Source: Octopus bimaculoides
Taxonomy: Eukaryota
DNA: 38,189 nucleotides
Assembly: GCF_001194135.2 (NCBI RefSeq)
Contig: NC_068982.1
Coordinates: forward strand, 44,236,671-44,274,859
Reading direction: 5' to 3'
Below the pieces are notes generated by a model, which was given only the letters and a program-made list of their open reading frames with translations, ran no database searches and was not told the origin of the DNA. Positions 10,648-22,175 of the stretch are shown piece after piece. The translations under genes and the position numbers were made by a program. Within the stretch, counting starts at the first letter, position 1. Each line of letters opens with the position of its first letter.

Positions 10648-11254
10648 CATATATATACTATGTATATATTTATCACTGCTTGACAACTGATATTGGTTTG
10701 TTTACATCTCTGTAGCATAGCAGTTTTTATTCAAATAATTTTTAGTCTATACATCTGTCAAAGTTCTGTTGCCACACATCTGTGACCTCATCAGTGACTC
10801 TGTCTCATTGACTCCTCTTGTCCTGTTTATTCCATTTACACACACAGATGCACAAGCACAATCTCTCTCTTACCCTTCCTTCTAAGTGTTAAACAAATAC
10901 ATTTATTAAAAGTTGTCCTCATGTTGTCTTCTTTTTTTTAGCTTATTGTCTAATATTCTATCAGTACTTCAGTTGATTAAGTGAATACAGTCAAAACTGA
11001 TTGAGATTTATTTACTGTACTTCAGTTACTCTGTCACAGTAAAACACCATACTGGGTGATCTACCATGTCAAGTTGGTACCTCACTGTTTATGAATACCA
11101 CCACTCTTAATGGCTTATGAACAACTGGTTGAGTTACAAAATATACTTTATATACAAACATAACAGCTCAAGCTGCTACTATTAAAATTTAGATATTAAT
11201 TGAATTTAGTTGATGTTGTTTAACTGTTTAGCATTGAAACTGGTCAATAAATTA

Positions 11255-11363
11255 ATCTCAGTCCCACTGCATGGCACCTTGGGCAAGTGTCTTCTACTAT
11301 AGCTTTGGAGCTGACTAAAGCCTTGTGAGTGGATTTGGTAGATGGATACTGGAAGAAACCTGT

Positions 11364-11430
<67 letters not shown>

Positions 11431-11645
11431 ATATGTTTGTGTGTCTATGTTTGTCCCCCCAACATCACTTGCCAACCGATGCTGGTGTGTTTACGTCCCA
11501 GTAACTTAGCGGTCCAGCAAAAAAGACCGATAGAATAATTACAAGGCTTACAAAATATAAGTCCTGGGGTTGATTTGCTCAGCTAAAGGTGTTGCACCAG
11601 CATGGCCGCAACCAAATGACTGAAACAAATAAAATAAAAAAGAAA
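11255..11645 (+). mobile_element. SINE-B, 5'-clipped
   Basis: tcagtcccactgcatggcaccttgggcaagtgtcttctactatagc..aaatgactgaaacaaataaaa. Confidence 0.8.
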
Positions 11646-11659
11646 GAGCAAAAGAAGAT

Positions 11660-11857
11660 ATTTAGCCAAAATAATCTACCTTCTTTTATATTCAAACTGG
11701 CCAGTTTCGGCCTCTCGTACCTATCTAAAATGTCATTCCAAAAATAAATAATCACATCATTGAAATCTCAAAAGTTATGAGATAAATGCTTGATTAATTC
11801 AAAACAGCATGAATAAATAAGTATTACATTTGACACAACAATATGAATGCTAAAGGG
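11660..11857 (-). mobile_element. MITE1 copy, reverse orientation
   Basis: Reverse complement of the MITE1 interior. Ends tgaatgctaaaggg-TTAA; the left end is degenerate. Confidence 0.7.
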
Positions 11858-11861
11858 TTAA

Positions 11862-12312
11862 TAATGATTTCAAATTCTGGCACAAAGCCAGCAATTTCAG
11901 GGGAGGGGTTAAGTCTATTACATTGATCCCAGTGCTCAACTGGTACTTATTTTATCAAACCTGAAAGGATGAAAGGCAAAGTCATCCTCGGCAGGATTTG
12001 ACCTCAGAACTTAAAGGCAGACGAAATAGTGCTAAGCTTTTTGCCCAGTGTGCTAACAATTCTGCCAGCTTGCTGCCTTCTAGATGTTTAGTAACCCTTT
12101 CTGCTATAGGTACAAGGCCTGAAATTTGGGGATGATGGGGGGGGGATAGTTGATTACATTGACCCAAGCACTCAGCTGGTACTTATTTCATTGAACCCGA
12201 AAGGATGAAAGGCAAAGTTGACCATGGCAGATTTGAACTTAGAACGTAAAGACAGACAAAATACCGCTGAAGTATTTTGCCTGGCATGCTAATAATTCCG
12301 CCAGCTCACCAC
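11862..12312 (-). mobile_element. Two tandem SINE-A copies (11862-12078, 12094-12312)
   Basis: Each is a reverse-complement SINE-A: ..ccagtgctcaactggtac..gaaaggatgaaaggcaaag..tctgccagct. Confidence 0.8.
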
Positions 12313-12625
12313 TTACATGTTTTTAATAATAATAATTAGTTTGTTGTATACAGTGCCCAGGTGTTCTACAACTCATTAGGAAAAAGTAAAAGAGGGGACA
12401 GAAAACAGTAGTAAGTCAAACAACGAAAGACAGTTAAGAAAGCAATGAAAAGTACATGCACAGTGCATAGAATAAAACAGACAGATAATAAAAGAGCAAA
12501 CAAGGGAAAATTTGAGAAGCATGGAATTTTTGAAAGCTACATTGTCCTGACAACTAACGAATAGCCAAGACAGATAGTTTTTCCAGGCTTCAAGAAGTCT
12601 GAGCGTGAAAAATAAAGTCAACTTA

Positions 12626-13070
12626 TGATCAAAGGCGTTCTAGTTAAGACCATACTGTATTTTGGTCAGGCATTCTGACCAAATCTGGGGTTGTATTATC
12701 CAACGTGCCATGCCTTTTTAAGATGGTAGGGTGTAATTTGACGGAGATTTGGTCGCTATTCATAGCCAGTTAAATGGCTACATTGAGAATTCCTTGTTAA
12801 AAACGATTTATAGATCCTCGCATATGATTGTACAACCGGTTTGTTCAGAGTGAAAATTCAGACGACTGAATTTAGTAATTGTTTAAATTCCACGTCGGCC
12901 CTGATTGAAAAAAACCTCTGATCAAGAGCATTCAAACTGTGAACAGCTCTCTCTCTCTCTTTCTCTCCCATAGTGTATCTTTCCCTTATTTTTCAAGGCG
13001 GTAGAATGCGATTTAATGGGGATTTGACTATTATTTCTCGCATGTCCATTAAGATGCAAGAGGGGTTTTA
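12626..13070 (+). repeat. Two tandem copies of a dispersed repeat (family D); reverse copy at ~14215-14400
   Basis: tgatcaa(a)g..(c)attc..; aag(a/g)(t/c)ggtag..tg..atttga..ggatttg recurs at ~12720 and ~13000, and in reverse at ~14240. Confidence 0.55.
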
Positions 13071-13196
13071 TTTTTATTGTTGTCACGGCTACTTTTGAAG
13101 ACTATCCAAAACATAGCGAGGTAGAGGATATCTAAATACTAATTTTCTCTGTCGTTTGTATTCTTGTGTCAGCTGGACCGATTAATATAAATATCT

Positions 13197-13412
13197 AAGG
13201 CAGCGAGCTGGCAGAATCATTAGCAAGCCGGGCAAAATGCTTACCGGCGTTTCTTCCGTCTTCTCGTTCTAAGTTCAAATTCCGCTGAGGTCGACTGTCT
13301 CTTTTATCCTTCCGAGGTCGATAAAATAAGTACCAGTCGAGCATTGGGGTCGATGTAATCGATTTACCCACGCCCTGAACTTACCGGCTTCGTGTCAAAA
13401 TTTGAAATCAAT
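13197..13412 (+). mobile_element. SINE-A, short tail
   Basis: aaggcagcgagctggcagaatc..ggggtcgatgtaatcgat..gtcaaaatttgaaatcaat. Confidence 0.8.
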
Positions 13413-14661
13413 ATAAATATCTGTATATTTATACTTAAAAATTCATAAGCTGAAAGTCTCCACATTTTGCTTTCTCTAGTCTTGCATGTATACATATTTT
13501 GTATTTCATACTCAAATTGTTATATTTCATATATTTGATGTATCTAATTTGTTTATCCGCATAATTGTCTACACACACAGATATTGTCAATAGTTCATAT
13601 ATCCGGAGAAAAAGCACATTAAATCATTAGAGCCATAATAATTAACTCCCTAAATATACATTAAGAAATATACACACACACACACTCTTTCCCTTCCTTT
13701 TAAGCGCTAAAATGATACATTTGCTAAAAGCTGTCCTTTTGTTTTTACCTCACTATCTAATATAGATACTTTTTAAAATATTTTTTCATACCCATAAACA
13801 GTTGAAAACTGTCAATCGCCCATAAAAGCCAAACAGCAACAATAAACACAAGAACATCACTCAACGATATAGGTTTTTTTTTTACCCTATTGTTTCTTTA
13901 CCGTGTCTAATGAGGCGTAGCAACGAAAACTGGAAGCTAACCAGGAACAATAATAACACAAAGTACCGAGAAATAATGAATGGAAAGAGAAAGTAATTTT
14001 TAATACAGGTATTTCTATATTAATTGTCGTACACTCGCTATGTAATTGTAAATATTAAACTGAATGACGGAGTGATCGAATGTTGGTAGAGAGCCTACCA
14101 AATATCTGGTTATATGTGTTTAGAGTTTCGAATCTAAGTTTCAACTCCTCCAGCCACTAACCACTGAGGGAGTCTACGTGAACATCTATCTGTTAGAAAA
14201 AAAAAAAAAAAAAAGATCAGTCACGCAGTCACGTAGCTTTCAAGTTACACCCAATCGTCTTAAAAAGGAAAAGACACACACATTGGATTATGTAGTCTTA
14301 GATACATTATGTCTGAAATAAAAAGGCAGGATGGTCAGAGTTGGAACCTCTTTGGTCATAAGTCTGTTCAATCAGAGTTGACCTACGGCTAAACAAAATA
14401 ATCTCAAGTTACCGGCACAGATTAATGATGTGTAACGAAGCATAGTAAAACAATGGAAAGATAAAAGCAGGTAGGAGACCAAAGAAGAAGTATTTATGTA
14501 AATATGTGTACAATATAAATAGGTGCATAATACTTTGTACCCATTAATTAGTTTCCTAACAAAGTGATTATTTACGACTGGAAGAAAAGGGGAGGAAAGA
14601 AATTGTTCATTCTCCCTCGCTCCCCCACACTTTTTTTTTTATTACGGAAATATCAACTTAC

Positions 14662-14769
14662 TTGCCCACTGCTGAAAGCAAACACCAGTGCCGATCCGAC
14701 TGCTGTGAGGGCCCATGTAAATAAAGTCCCAAGCAGTGCCTGTACAAGAGGGCTGTATTCTTTTATCAT
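14662..14769 (-). CDS. SLC39A11: Zinc transporter ZIP11, first coding exon (36 codons, phase-0 donor)
   Basis: Manual minus-strand translation gives MIKEYSPLVQALLGTLFTWALTAVGSALVFAFSSGQ, matching the ZIP11 N-terminus I recall (human MLQGHSSVFQALLGTFFTWGMTAAGAALVFVFSSGQ). The ATG is in AACCATGA context. The 108-nt coding part is followed by a perfect GTAAGT donor (plus strand acttac, 14656-14661). Confidence 0.92.
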
Positions 14770-15144
14770 GGTTTTCGATTTTCACAACCAAAAGTTTTTT
14801 TATTAAATATATATATTTTTTCTCCTTTTCACACGTTAAAAGAATATTGTGTGAGAGATATCTAAATATTAAAGTGTGTCCCAAAGATATTGGCTTAAGT
14901 CGGCATCGTGGAACTTGGCAAACCGTAGCCGTCGTCGTGTTATTAGTTCCTGTGACTGAAGAAGCCAAACATCAATAACAACAACACGAGTTGGTGAGGT
15001 GTCACGGAGAAAGTTTACAGAACGCCTTTATTCGAGTCTCCTTACATACAAGAGTGAGATAAAGAACTTTTAATTATCTCCCTTACACGTAAGCACTCGT
15101 TCTCTTCTGCAGTTACTTAAGAAATTTGCTGAGTTTGTTGTTTG

Positions 15145-15167
15145 CCAATAAACCCGTCCTAGCCAAT
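15145..15167. promoter_or_regulatory. Paired CCAAT boxes upstream of ZIP11 (candidate NF-Y sites)
   Basis: CCAAT at 15145-15149 and 15163-15167 (tagccaatga), about 380-400 bp upstream of the ZIP11 ATG in a TE-poor stretch. The TSS is not known. Confidence 0.35.
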
Positions 15168-16048
15168 GAAAGAACTTCCAGCCGTGACCTATCGAGTTGA
15201 AATTATTCACTCTCTTCCTTTCTTTCCTTTCTACCTTTTTTCTTTCTTTCTGTCCCTTCTTGTACCACTCTATTTTTCTTTCTATCGATCTATCTCATTC
15301 TGTAATCATTAAGTACAACGTCATCACCTTATCAAATAATAACAATTTCGTGGCACTTAGGAAGAAAAAAGAAATGTAATTTTGCATTTCGAAAGGGTAA
15401 CGATAGAGTAGACGTTAACATGTAACACACAGGCCCTATTATCTGAATGCTGTGCTACCTTCTGACAGACAGTTTAACTAACGAATAAATGTAACTAAAT
15501 TATAACAACTCAAATATCATTAAATTACAAATAGAGGTCTGGATATCATTGAATGATTTAGCAAACTACGTATATTGTCTTAGGATACTAAGTTTTACTT
15601 TGCAGCCGGCGCTGTAGGAGCAGCGTAAATGATGGAGATAGTGAAGTGGAATTAATACGTATATAATGTTTCAAGTTATGAACCCCAACTTTATCATAGA
15701 ACCTTAATTTGCTGAGCTTGATTAAGGAGACTTTTCTTTCTTCCTGTCTCTGTTCCTTTCTTTCCTTCTTTTTTTCTTGCTTTCTTACTTTTTTTTTTCC
15801 ATTCTTCTTCTTACCGCCGACATTCTGTCAACTCAACCAGCCTATAGAATCCTAAAAGGTAATAAATACTTAGAAACATATTTTAAATGTAACGAAAATA
15901 TCTTACTGAAACACGCATTTTCAAAATTATCTCTAACCGAATGCAGCTCCCGAAACATGGCTTTCTCTTAGCAGTACTTTAATTTCATTTAATTACACTC
16001 CTTAAGATAAACTGAGGTTTCGTTGTTGTTGTTGTTGTTGTTGTTGTT

Positions 16049-16090
<42 letters not shown>

Positions 16091-16093
<3 letters not shown>

Positions 16094-16259
16094 CCTTTCA
16101 AATAAAGGCACAAAGCCTGAAATTTGATGGGAGGGGACTAGTCGATGACATTGACCCCAGTGCTTCACTGGTACTTAATTTATCGACCCTGAAAGGATGA
16201 AAGGCAAAGTCAACCTCGGCGGAATTTGAACTCAGAACGTAGCGACAAGCGAAATACGC
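16091..16259 (-). mobile_element. SINE-A lacking its 5' head, abutting the Tx1-like LINE
   Basis: Reverse SINE-A after (AAT)n; stops at gcgaaatacgc where LINE homology begins. Confidence 0.75.
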
Positions 16260-16261
16260 TT

Positions 16262-18790
16262 TCAGAGCGAGGATGCGTGCTCTACGGCATGAAAAAATAA
16301 AAGCTTTTCGATTGGCCCAGGTGACGGAGGCCTGTCAACAAAGCCACAAATCGGTCTTTGACAGATCGGAAGGGATGTGCTTCAAGCATATGCGAGCGAC
16401 TTTTCACCTGTTTGGAGTGAATGGCGATTCGGAGACGAGGGTTTTACCACCAGCCTGCCGCCACTCTCGACTAAGGATGCAGGACTCTGCGGAAAGCCGA
16501 TAACAGCTGATGAAATAGCAGAGCGGTGGCTGGCAGGACGAAGAAGTCGTTGCGGCTTGATAGTCTGTTCTATAAACTTTATCTTCATATGACATGTTTC
16601 TTCGAGGACTTCTGGGCAAATGTCTACAGCAACAGGAAGCAAAACGGGAGAATTTGTAGTCCAATGAAATGAAGCATGGTAGGGCTGCCGGGAAAGGACC
16701 GGAACAAAGAGGATGATTTTGACAACATTAGACCCGTAACTCTGTTAGACATAGAGTTCAAGTTTGGGGCTAAGGTATTAGTGAAGAGGTTGGCGCTTGC
16801 CGTCTATACTCAGGTCAGTAATGCTCGGATATGATCCATTCCAAACAGATCTGTCTACGACAACCTCCGTTTCATGCGATACATCATAGAAAATGTGGGT
16901 AAGAACCTGGCATGGGTGAGGCTTTGGTCAATTTTGGTCAGTCGATAGCTTTCGATAGGTTTGATCATCAGTACTTAGCGCTTATCCTTACAGCGATTAG
17001 TTTCGGGTTCATTTCTCGAGGCTAGATCGCTGTGAGGTACAACGACATCTGCTAGTTGGTCAGGACAAATGGCTGTCTTTCGGAAAGGTGCAGTATCTTG
17101 TGTTAGGTCCATCAAGGTTTCCACCTCCCTCTACTTTTGTACGCACTGGCTCACGAGCCACCACTGCGGAAGTTAGAAGTTTCGAGCGGCATCCTACGTG
17201 AACTAGGCTGTGGAAGAGCCGTATCTGCACATGCAGACGGCGTCATCGTTGTAGTATCGGATACCAAATATATCGAGTTGACTGGCATTCCTCTAAGGGT
17301 GTACAAAACGGTACAGAAGCAAAAATTAACTTGGAAAAGTCAGTGAGTCTGCAACTTGGCACCTAGAGAAGTAAATCTATGCTGATTGATATTTTAAATT
17401 GCTCAGGGTTTGGTTTAAGGCAAAGTTACTTTCTCGAGTCATGCTGACTTATAAGGGCTGGTTTCCCGGTTTCCATGGTATATAAATTCTCCACCTGGGT
17501 GGGACGCAGGTCTGTTGCAGGATTACTCATTTTTGCCAGCTGAGTGAACAGGAGCAACGTGAAATGAAGTGCTTTGCTTAAGAGCACAACGCGTCGCCCG
17601 GTCCAGGAATCGAAACTACAATCTTACAATCTTGAGTCCAACACCCTAATCACTAAGCCACGCACCTCCACGAGGTTTGGTTTGGTTTGGGTTTGGTTCT
17701 GACCACTAGATGAACGAGCAGAGTGGCCAGTCTTACATAGAAATGAGCTGAGATGAAATTATCCCTGAAAGGTAAGGCTGAGATGTCAAATGGTTTCATC
17801 GCATCCATCATCTACTACCACGTGGCTGTCATATCTTGCTCCGCTTCATGGAGCACTTGCTTTTCTGCTTTCTGAAGAGCGGACAGATTCCGTTTATCAG
17901 ACGGTTCGTTTACTTTCAACATCCGCAGCATGGACAATTGGGTATGCCGTGACAAAGGATGCGCAGACATATGCTGAGAGTACGGCATCTGCAGCGTCTC
18001 CTTGACGGTGAACTAGTGTGGTCGCCGTTTGTCACTCCACTTTTCCACAGCCCGTCTCTTTGACTGAACTACAATACTGGATCAAGTGTAGACCGAGGCA
18101 GAATGCCTGACACCTAGAGTGTCGTGAGGTACTCACATCCCTCTATCAGTTGGGTAATGTAGTCGGTGGCAATTCCGTCAGCTGGACCTACCCGACATGC
18201 GTTTAGAGCGACCGAGTCGTCTTGCATATGTTCGTACAGTGACTGAGCATTGCTGGCTTATGGAATCATATTGAACATCTACTATTGTGTGGACAGATCC
18301 GGCTATCGGCCATTTCCTTTGTGAAGATGAGCCCGCTGCCTCTTTTGGCCGGAAAGCTCAGGCAGTTCTCTTCTGTCTAGTAGTTATGGCGAAAGAAGTT
18401 GTGTGGTAGACGAGGCTGAAAATACTGAAAACAAATTTTTTTCTTCTTCCATCAAGTCCTCCTTGACTTTTTAAAGTTCTATTTAAAAAGAATCTATTTT
18501 GAATCTATGCCTGCAGCTGGAGAGAACGTATAAGAGAGGGGTGCTGCCCTGTCGTGTCATGTCGAGTCTTGTCCGAGGGTTATCCAGGATCAGTGAGATT
18601 CTTTGATTGACCATAGGGTAGTACTTCCCCCTATTGGGGAATTTTGTTGTCATCAATTTCCTTGTTAATTGTCATTGTGTTATAGTAAATCTCTACTGTC
18701 CTCATTGTCCTAAAATCTTTTTTCTACCCTTATTGTCATTAAAGAAATTATTATTGTTGTTAAACCAATCTGGGACAAAATAAAAAATAT
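16262..18790 (+). mobile_element. Degenerate L1/Tx1-like LINE (RT and 3' part), interrupted by a SINE
   Basis: Remnant motifs: LPPLS..CGKPITADEI, RPVTLL..E..AKVL.KRLA, DQS.AFDR.DHQYL, a QG.P.S.LLY.LA.EP-like stretch and SAHADGV (YADD-like). Aligns by eye with 37873-38189. The 3' boundary is approximate. Confidence 0.8.
17416..17672 (-). mobile_element. SINE-C (tRNA-like head, CORE-like body) inserted in the Tx1-like LINE
   Basis: Minus strand gtggaggtgcgtggcttagtgattagggtg..gtttcgattcctgg..ttgtgctcttaagcaaagcacttcatttcacg. Flanked by gggtttggtt at 17406-17415 and 17689-17698. Confidence 0.75.
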
Positions 18791-19044
18791 ATATATTGTC
18801 AATTGAGGAAGTAGCTCTAGCATAGTTGAGATAAGGCTCCCAAATGAAGAAACAGCGAAAGAAAATTCGATCACAACATTAACGAGTGACGAATTGCTAC
18901 TGATTACAACATACCTCGGTCAGAGGTTAGAGACCCTTGTTGTAAAGCACTACTATCTTCCTCTTTATTGGTTGAAATGTAAATTTAAGAACAAGATATT
19001 ATAGAATAATAACATTTAATGTCATATTCTTTATCAATAAGTAC

Positions 19045-19323
19045 AAGGTGGCGAGCTGACAGAAACGTTAGCACTCCAGGCAAAATGCTTAGCGGTATTT
19101 CGTCTGTCTTTATGTTCTGAGTTCAAATTCCGCCGATGTCGACTTCGCCTTTCATCCTTTCAAGGTCGATAAATTAAGTACGAGTTGCGTACTGGGTTCA
19201 ATCTAAACGACTGGTCCCCACCCCCAAAAAGGCCTTGTGCCTAGAATAGAAAAGAATCGTTAGCACGCCGGGCAAAATGTTTAGTGGCATTTCGCCCTTC
19301 CTTACATACTGGGTTCAAATTTC
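19045..19323 (+). mobile_element. SINE-A followed by a second head running into a gap
   Basis: aaggtggcgagctgacagaaacgttagc..aagaat, then cgttagcacgccgggcaaaatg. Confidence 0.8.
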
Positions 19324-19619
19324 NNNNNNNNNNNNNNNNNNNNNNNNNNNNNNNNNNNNNNNNNNNNNNNNNNNNNNNNNNNNNNNNNNNNNNNNNNNNN
19401 NNNNNNNNNNNNNNNNNNNNNNNNNNNNNNNNNNNNNNNNNNNNNNNNNNNNNNNNNNNNNNNNNNNNNNNNNNNNNNNNNNNNNNNNNNNNNNNNNNNN
19501 NNNNNNNNNNNNNNNNNNNNNNNNNNNNNNNNNNNNNNNNNNNNNNNNNNNNNNNNNNNNNNNNNNNNNNNNNNNNNNNNNNNNNNNNNNNNNNNNNNNN
19601 NNNNNNNNNNNNNNNNNNN
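19324..19619. other. Assembly gap (others: 24848-25554, 26928-27226, 28245-28883, 32162-33000, 36418-36765)
   Basis: Runs of N, mostly bordered by microsatellites or SINEs. Confidence 0.99.
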
Positions 19620-19635
19620 TTAAAAACTAATTATA

Positions 19636-20070
19636 ATCTTTTCTACTCTAAGCACAAGGGCTGAAATTTGTGGGGAAGGAGACTAGTCGATTAGATTGAC
19701 CCCAGGACGCAACTGGTACTTAATTTATCGACTCCGAAAGGATGAAAGGCAAAGTCTACCTAGGTGGAATTTGAACTCAGAACGTAAAGACAGACGAAAT
19801 AACGCTAAGCTTTTCGCCCGGCGGGCTAACGTTTCTTATTTCTTTACTGCCCACAAGGGGCTACACATAGAGAGAACAAACAAGGATAGACAAACGGATT
19901 AAGTCGATTATATCGACCCCAGTGCGTAACTGGTACTTATTTAATCGACCCCGAAAGGATGAAAGGTAAAGTCGACCTCAGCGGAATTTGAACTCAGAAC
20001 GCAGCGACAGAGGAAATACCGCGAAGCATTTTGTCCAGCGTGCTAACGACTCTGCCAGCTTGCCACCTTA
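19636..20070 (-). mobile_element. Composite of a long-tail SINE-A (20070-19834) and a short-tail SINE-A (19833-19636)
   Basis: Two reverse SINE-A bodies joined at ..cgtttc|ttatttctttactgcccacaagg.. Confidence 0.8.
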
Positions 20071-20115
20071 CATTAAAAACTAATAATAATAATAATAATT
20101 ATAAAATATATGTGT

Positions 20116-20338
20116 AAGGCGGCGAGCTAGTAGAGTCGTCAGCACGCTGGGCGAAATGATTAGCGGCATTTTGTCCGTCTTTACGCTCTTAGTTCAAATT
20201 CCGCTGAGGGCAACTTTGCCTTTAATCCTTCCGGGATCGATAAAAATAAGTACCAGTCAAGCACGGGGCGGGGGTCGACGCAATCGACTTACTCCATCCT
20301 CGAAATTGCTGGCGTTGTGCCAAAATTTGAAATCAATA
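20116..20338 (+). mobile_element. SINE-A, short tail
   Basis: aaggcggcgagctagtagagtcg..gtgccaaaatttgaaatcaat. Confidence 0.8.
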
Positions 20339-21439
20339 ATAAAATGTATCTGAAATGTTTAATTTGTTTTTTACCCTTCTTTTCATTTAAAGTTTCTTTC
20401 TCTCCTTAACCATAAACGTTTTGTTAAATAGTAATTTTTAAGTTTGGCACAATGCCACATACATGTAGTAAAGGGATACAGTTAATCGAATTCACCCGGT
20501 ATTTGATTGGTAATTATTTTATCGACTCCCAGATGGACGAAAGAAAAACATTAAAAAAACGGTGGGAAAAAAGAAATCAATCATCGGGATTTGAACTTAG
20601 AACAGTGAGATACGGCTAAAGAACACAAGGTCTAGAACGACCATTTGTTCCGCTTCGTTTCCTTTAAAGTTATTTCAAAATAGTTTTTAAAAACACGATC
20701 AAAAGAAACTACTATTACATTAGTAATTCGGCAGAAGCGGTAGAGCCCTATGATTTTACTGTTTTATCTCTCTACGTTCCGAGTTCATTTCCCACTGGGA
20801 GGTCAACATTGTGTTTTATCCCTCCAAGTGTAATAAAGTAATTACCAGGCACTATATGGAATCAATTCCATCAATAAATAAATAAATAAATATCCCACTC
20901 CACCCTGCCTTTACAAACTATGTCAGTGTTTGAAAATCGATATAATGAGTCGATTCAATTATCTATCCCCACCCCCTACTAAATATATTGACATTGTGCC
21001 TAAGAAACAAATCAATACTAGGCGTGGAACTTAATCAATTATTTTTGTTTTAATGGAAGGAGTTAAATCAGAAGTGAATATTGATATTATTGACTGTTAC
21101 TCTAAGAATTACAATCGATTATAATGTACAACGCTCCGTTATTAATGCACAGAAATAGTGGAGAGGGGTTTGGGAAGAGAGAAAAAAAAAACATAAAAAC
21201 TATCTTTAAAAATCGTTACTTTATTTTAGTCTAGAAAGAACATTGAGTTATTTCTTTGACATAAGCCTACATATTTAATGGTGGGTCTTTAAAAATAATG
21301 AGCTAGATTCATGCCTTTCTTAAAGAAATTACAAGTATAAGTGAAATAAACCAGTTCTAATTTTGATTGGCTATGGTAACGAGTAGCAGGCGACTTATAC
21401 CTTGCCTACAGCCGTGCTTCTCAACCCCTTTCCTCCCCC

Positions 21440-21484
<45 letters not shown>

Positions 21485-21485
<1 letters not shown>

Positions 21486-21812
21486 GGCGAGGCTGTGTGG
21501 TAAGAAGCTTGTTTCTTAACTACATGGTCCCGGTTCAGTCCCTCTGCGTGGCACCTTGGACAAGTGTCTTTTACTATAGCCGCGGGTTGACCAAAGCCTT
21601 GTGAGTTGATTTGGCAGACAGAAACTGAGAGAAGCCCGTCGTATATCGTATATGTATATACTTACGTGTGTGTTTGTGTATGTGTTTGTCCGCTCCCCTC
21701 CCATCACCGCTTGACAACCGGTGTTGGTGTGTTTACTTCTCCGAAATTTAGTAATTCGGCAAAAGGACCGATAGAATAAGTACTAGGCTTAAGAAATAAG
21801 TCCTAGGGTCGA
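21485..21812 (+). mobile_element. SINE-B, 3'-truncated
   Basis: ggcgaggctgtgtggtaagaagcttg..ggcaccttggacaagtgtc..gaataagtcctagggtcgat. Confidence 0.8.
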
Positions 21813-22175
21813 TATGTGTGAGCATGTGTGTGATCTACCGACTTAAAGGCCATTCATTATTTTACACCAGTTAAATTATTCCATTCGATTGTTGGGAATT
21901 TTTTGCGACTAGTCACAGATAGAAACTACCACTACATTAGTTTCTTTGTTTCTTTGTTTACCAAATCAAGTACTTGACTGATACTTTATTTTATCAACCC
22001 CGGAGGGATGAAAGGATAAATTGACATCGGCGGGATTTGAACTCGGAGAAAATACTGCAAATTACTTTTTTGCTTTGACGCTCTTAACGTCTTGTCCAAT
22101 CTGTCGCACTTGAAGCTGAAAAAGAATACCGCAAGCCACTAAACAGAGAATAGTTTGAGAGAAATCCAGTTTGTA

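Larger units (their letters stand above)
9293..10725 (+). mobile_element. SINE-B split by the Tc1 element
   Basis: Head at 9293-9454. After the Tc1 and a (TA)n run, the body resumes at ~10670 (tcactgcttgacaactgatattggtttgtttacatc). Confidence 0.75.

Noticed and set aside
584-11538. Recurrent short ORFs such as MLGGQTHTHT.. and YIYIYI..
   Set aside because: Translations of SINE-B bodies and dinucleotide repeats; not genes.
14564-14978. Overlapping 80-108 aa ORFs around the ZIP11 exon
   Set aside because: Alternative frames or antisense of the real exon and its UTR; no recognisable protein.
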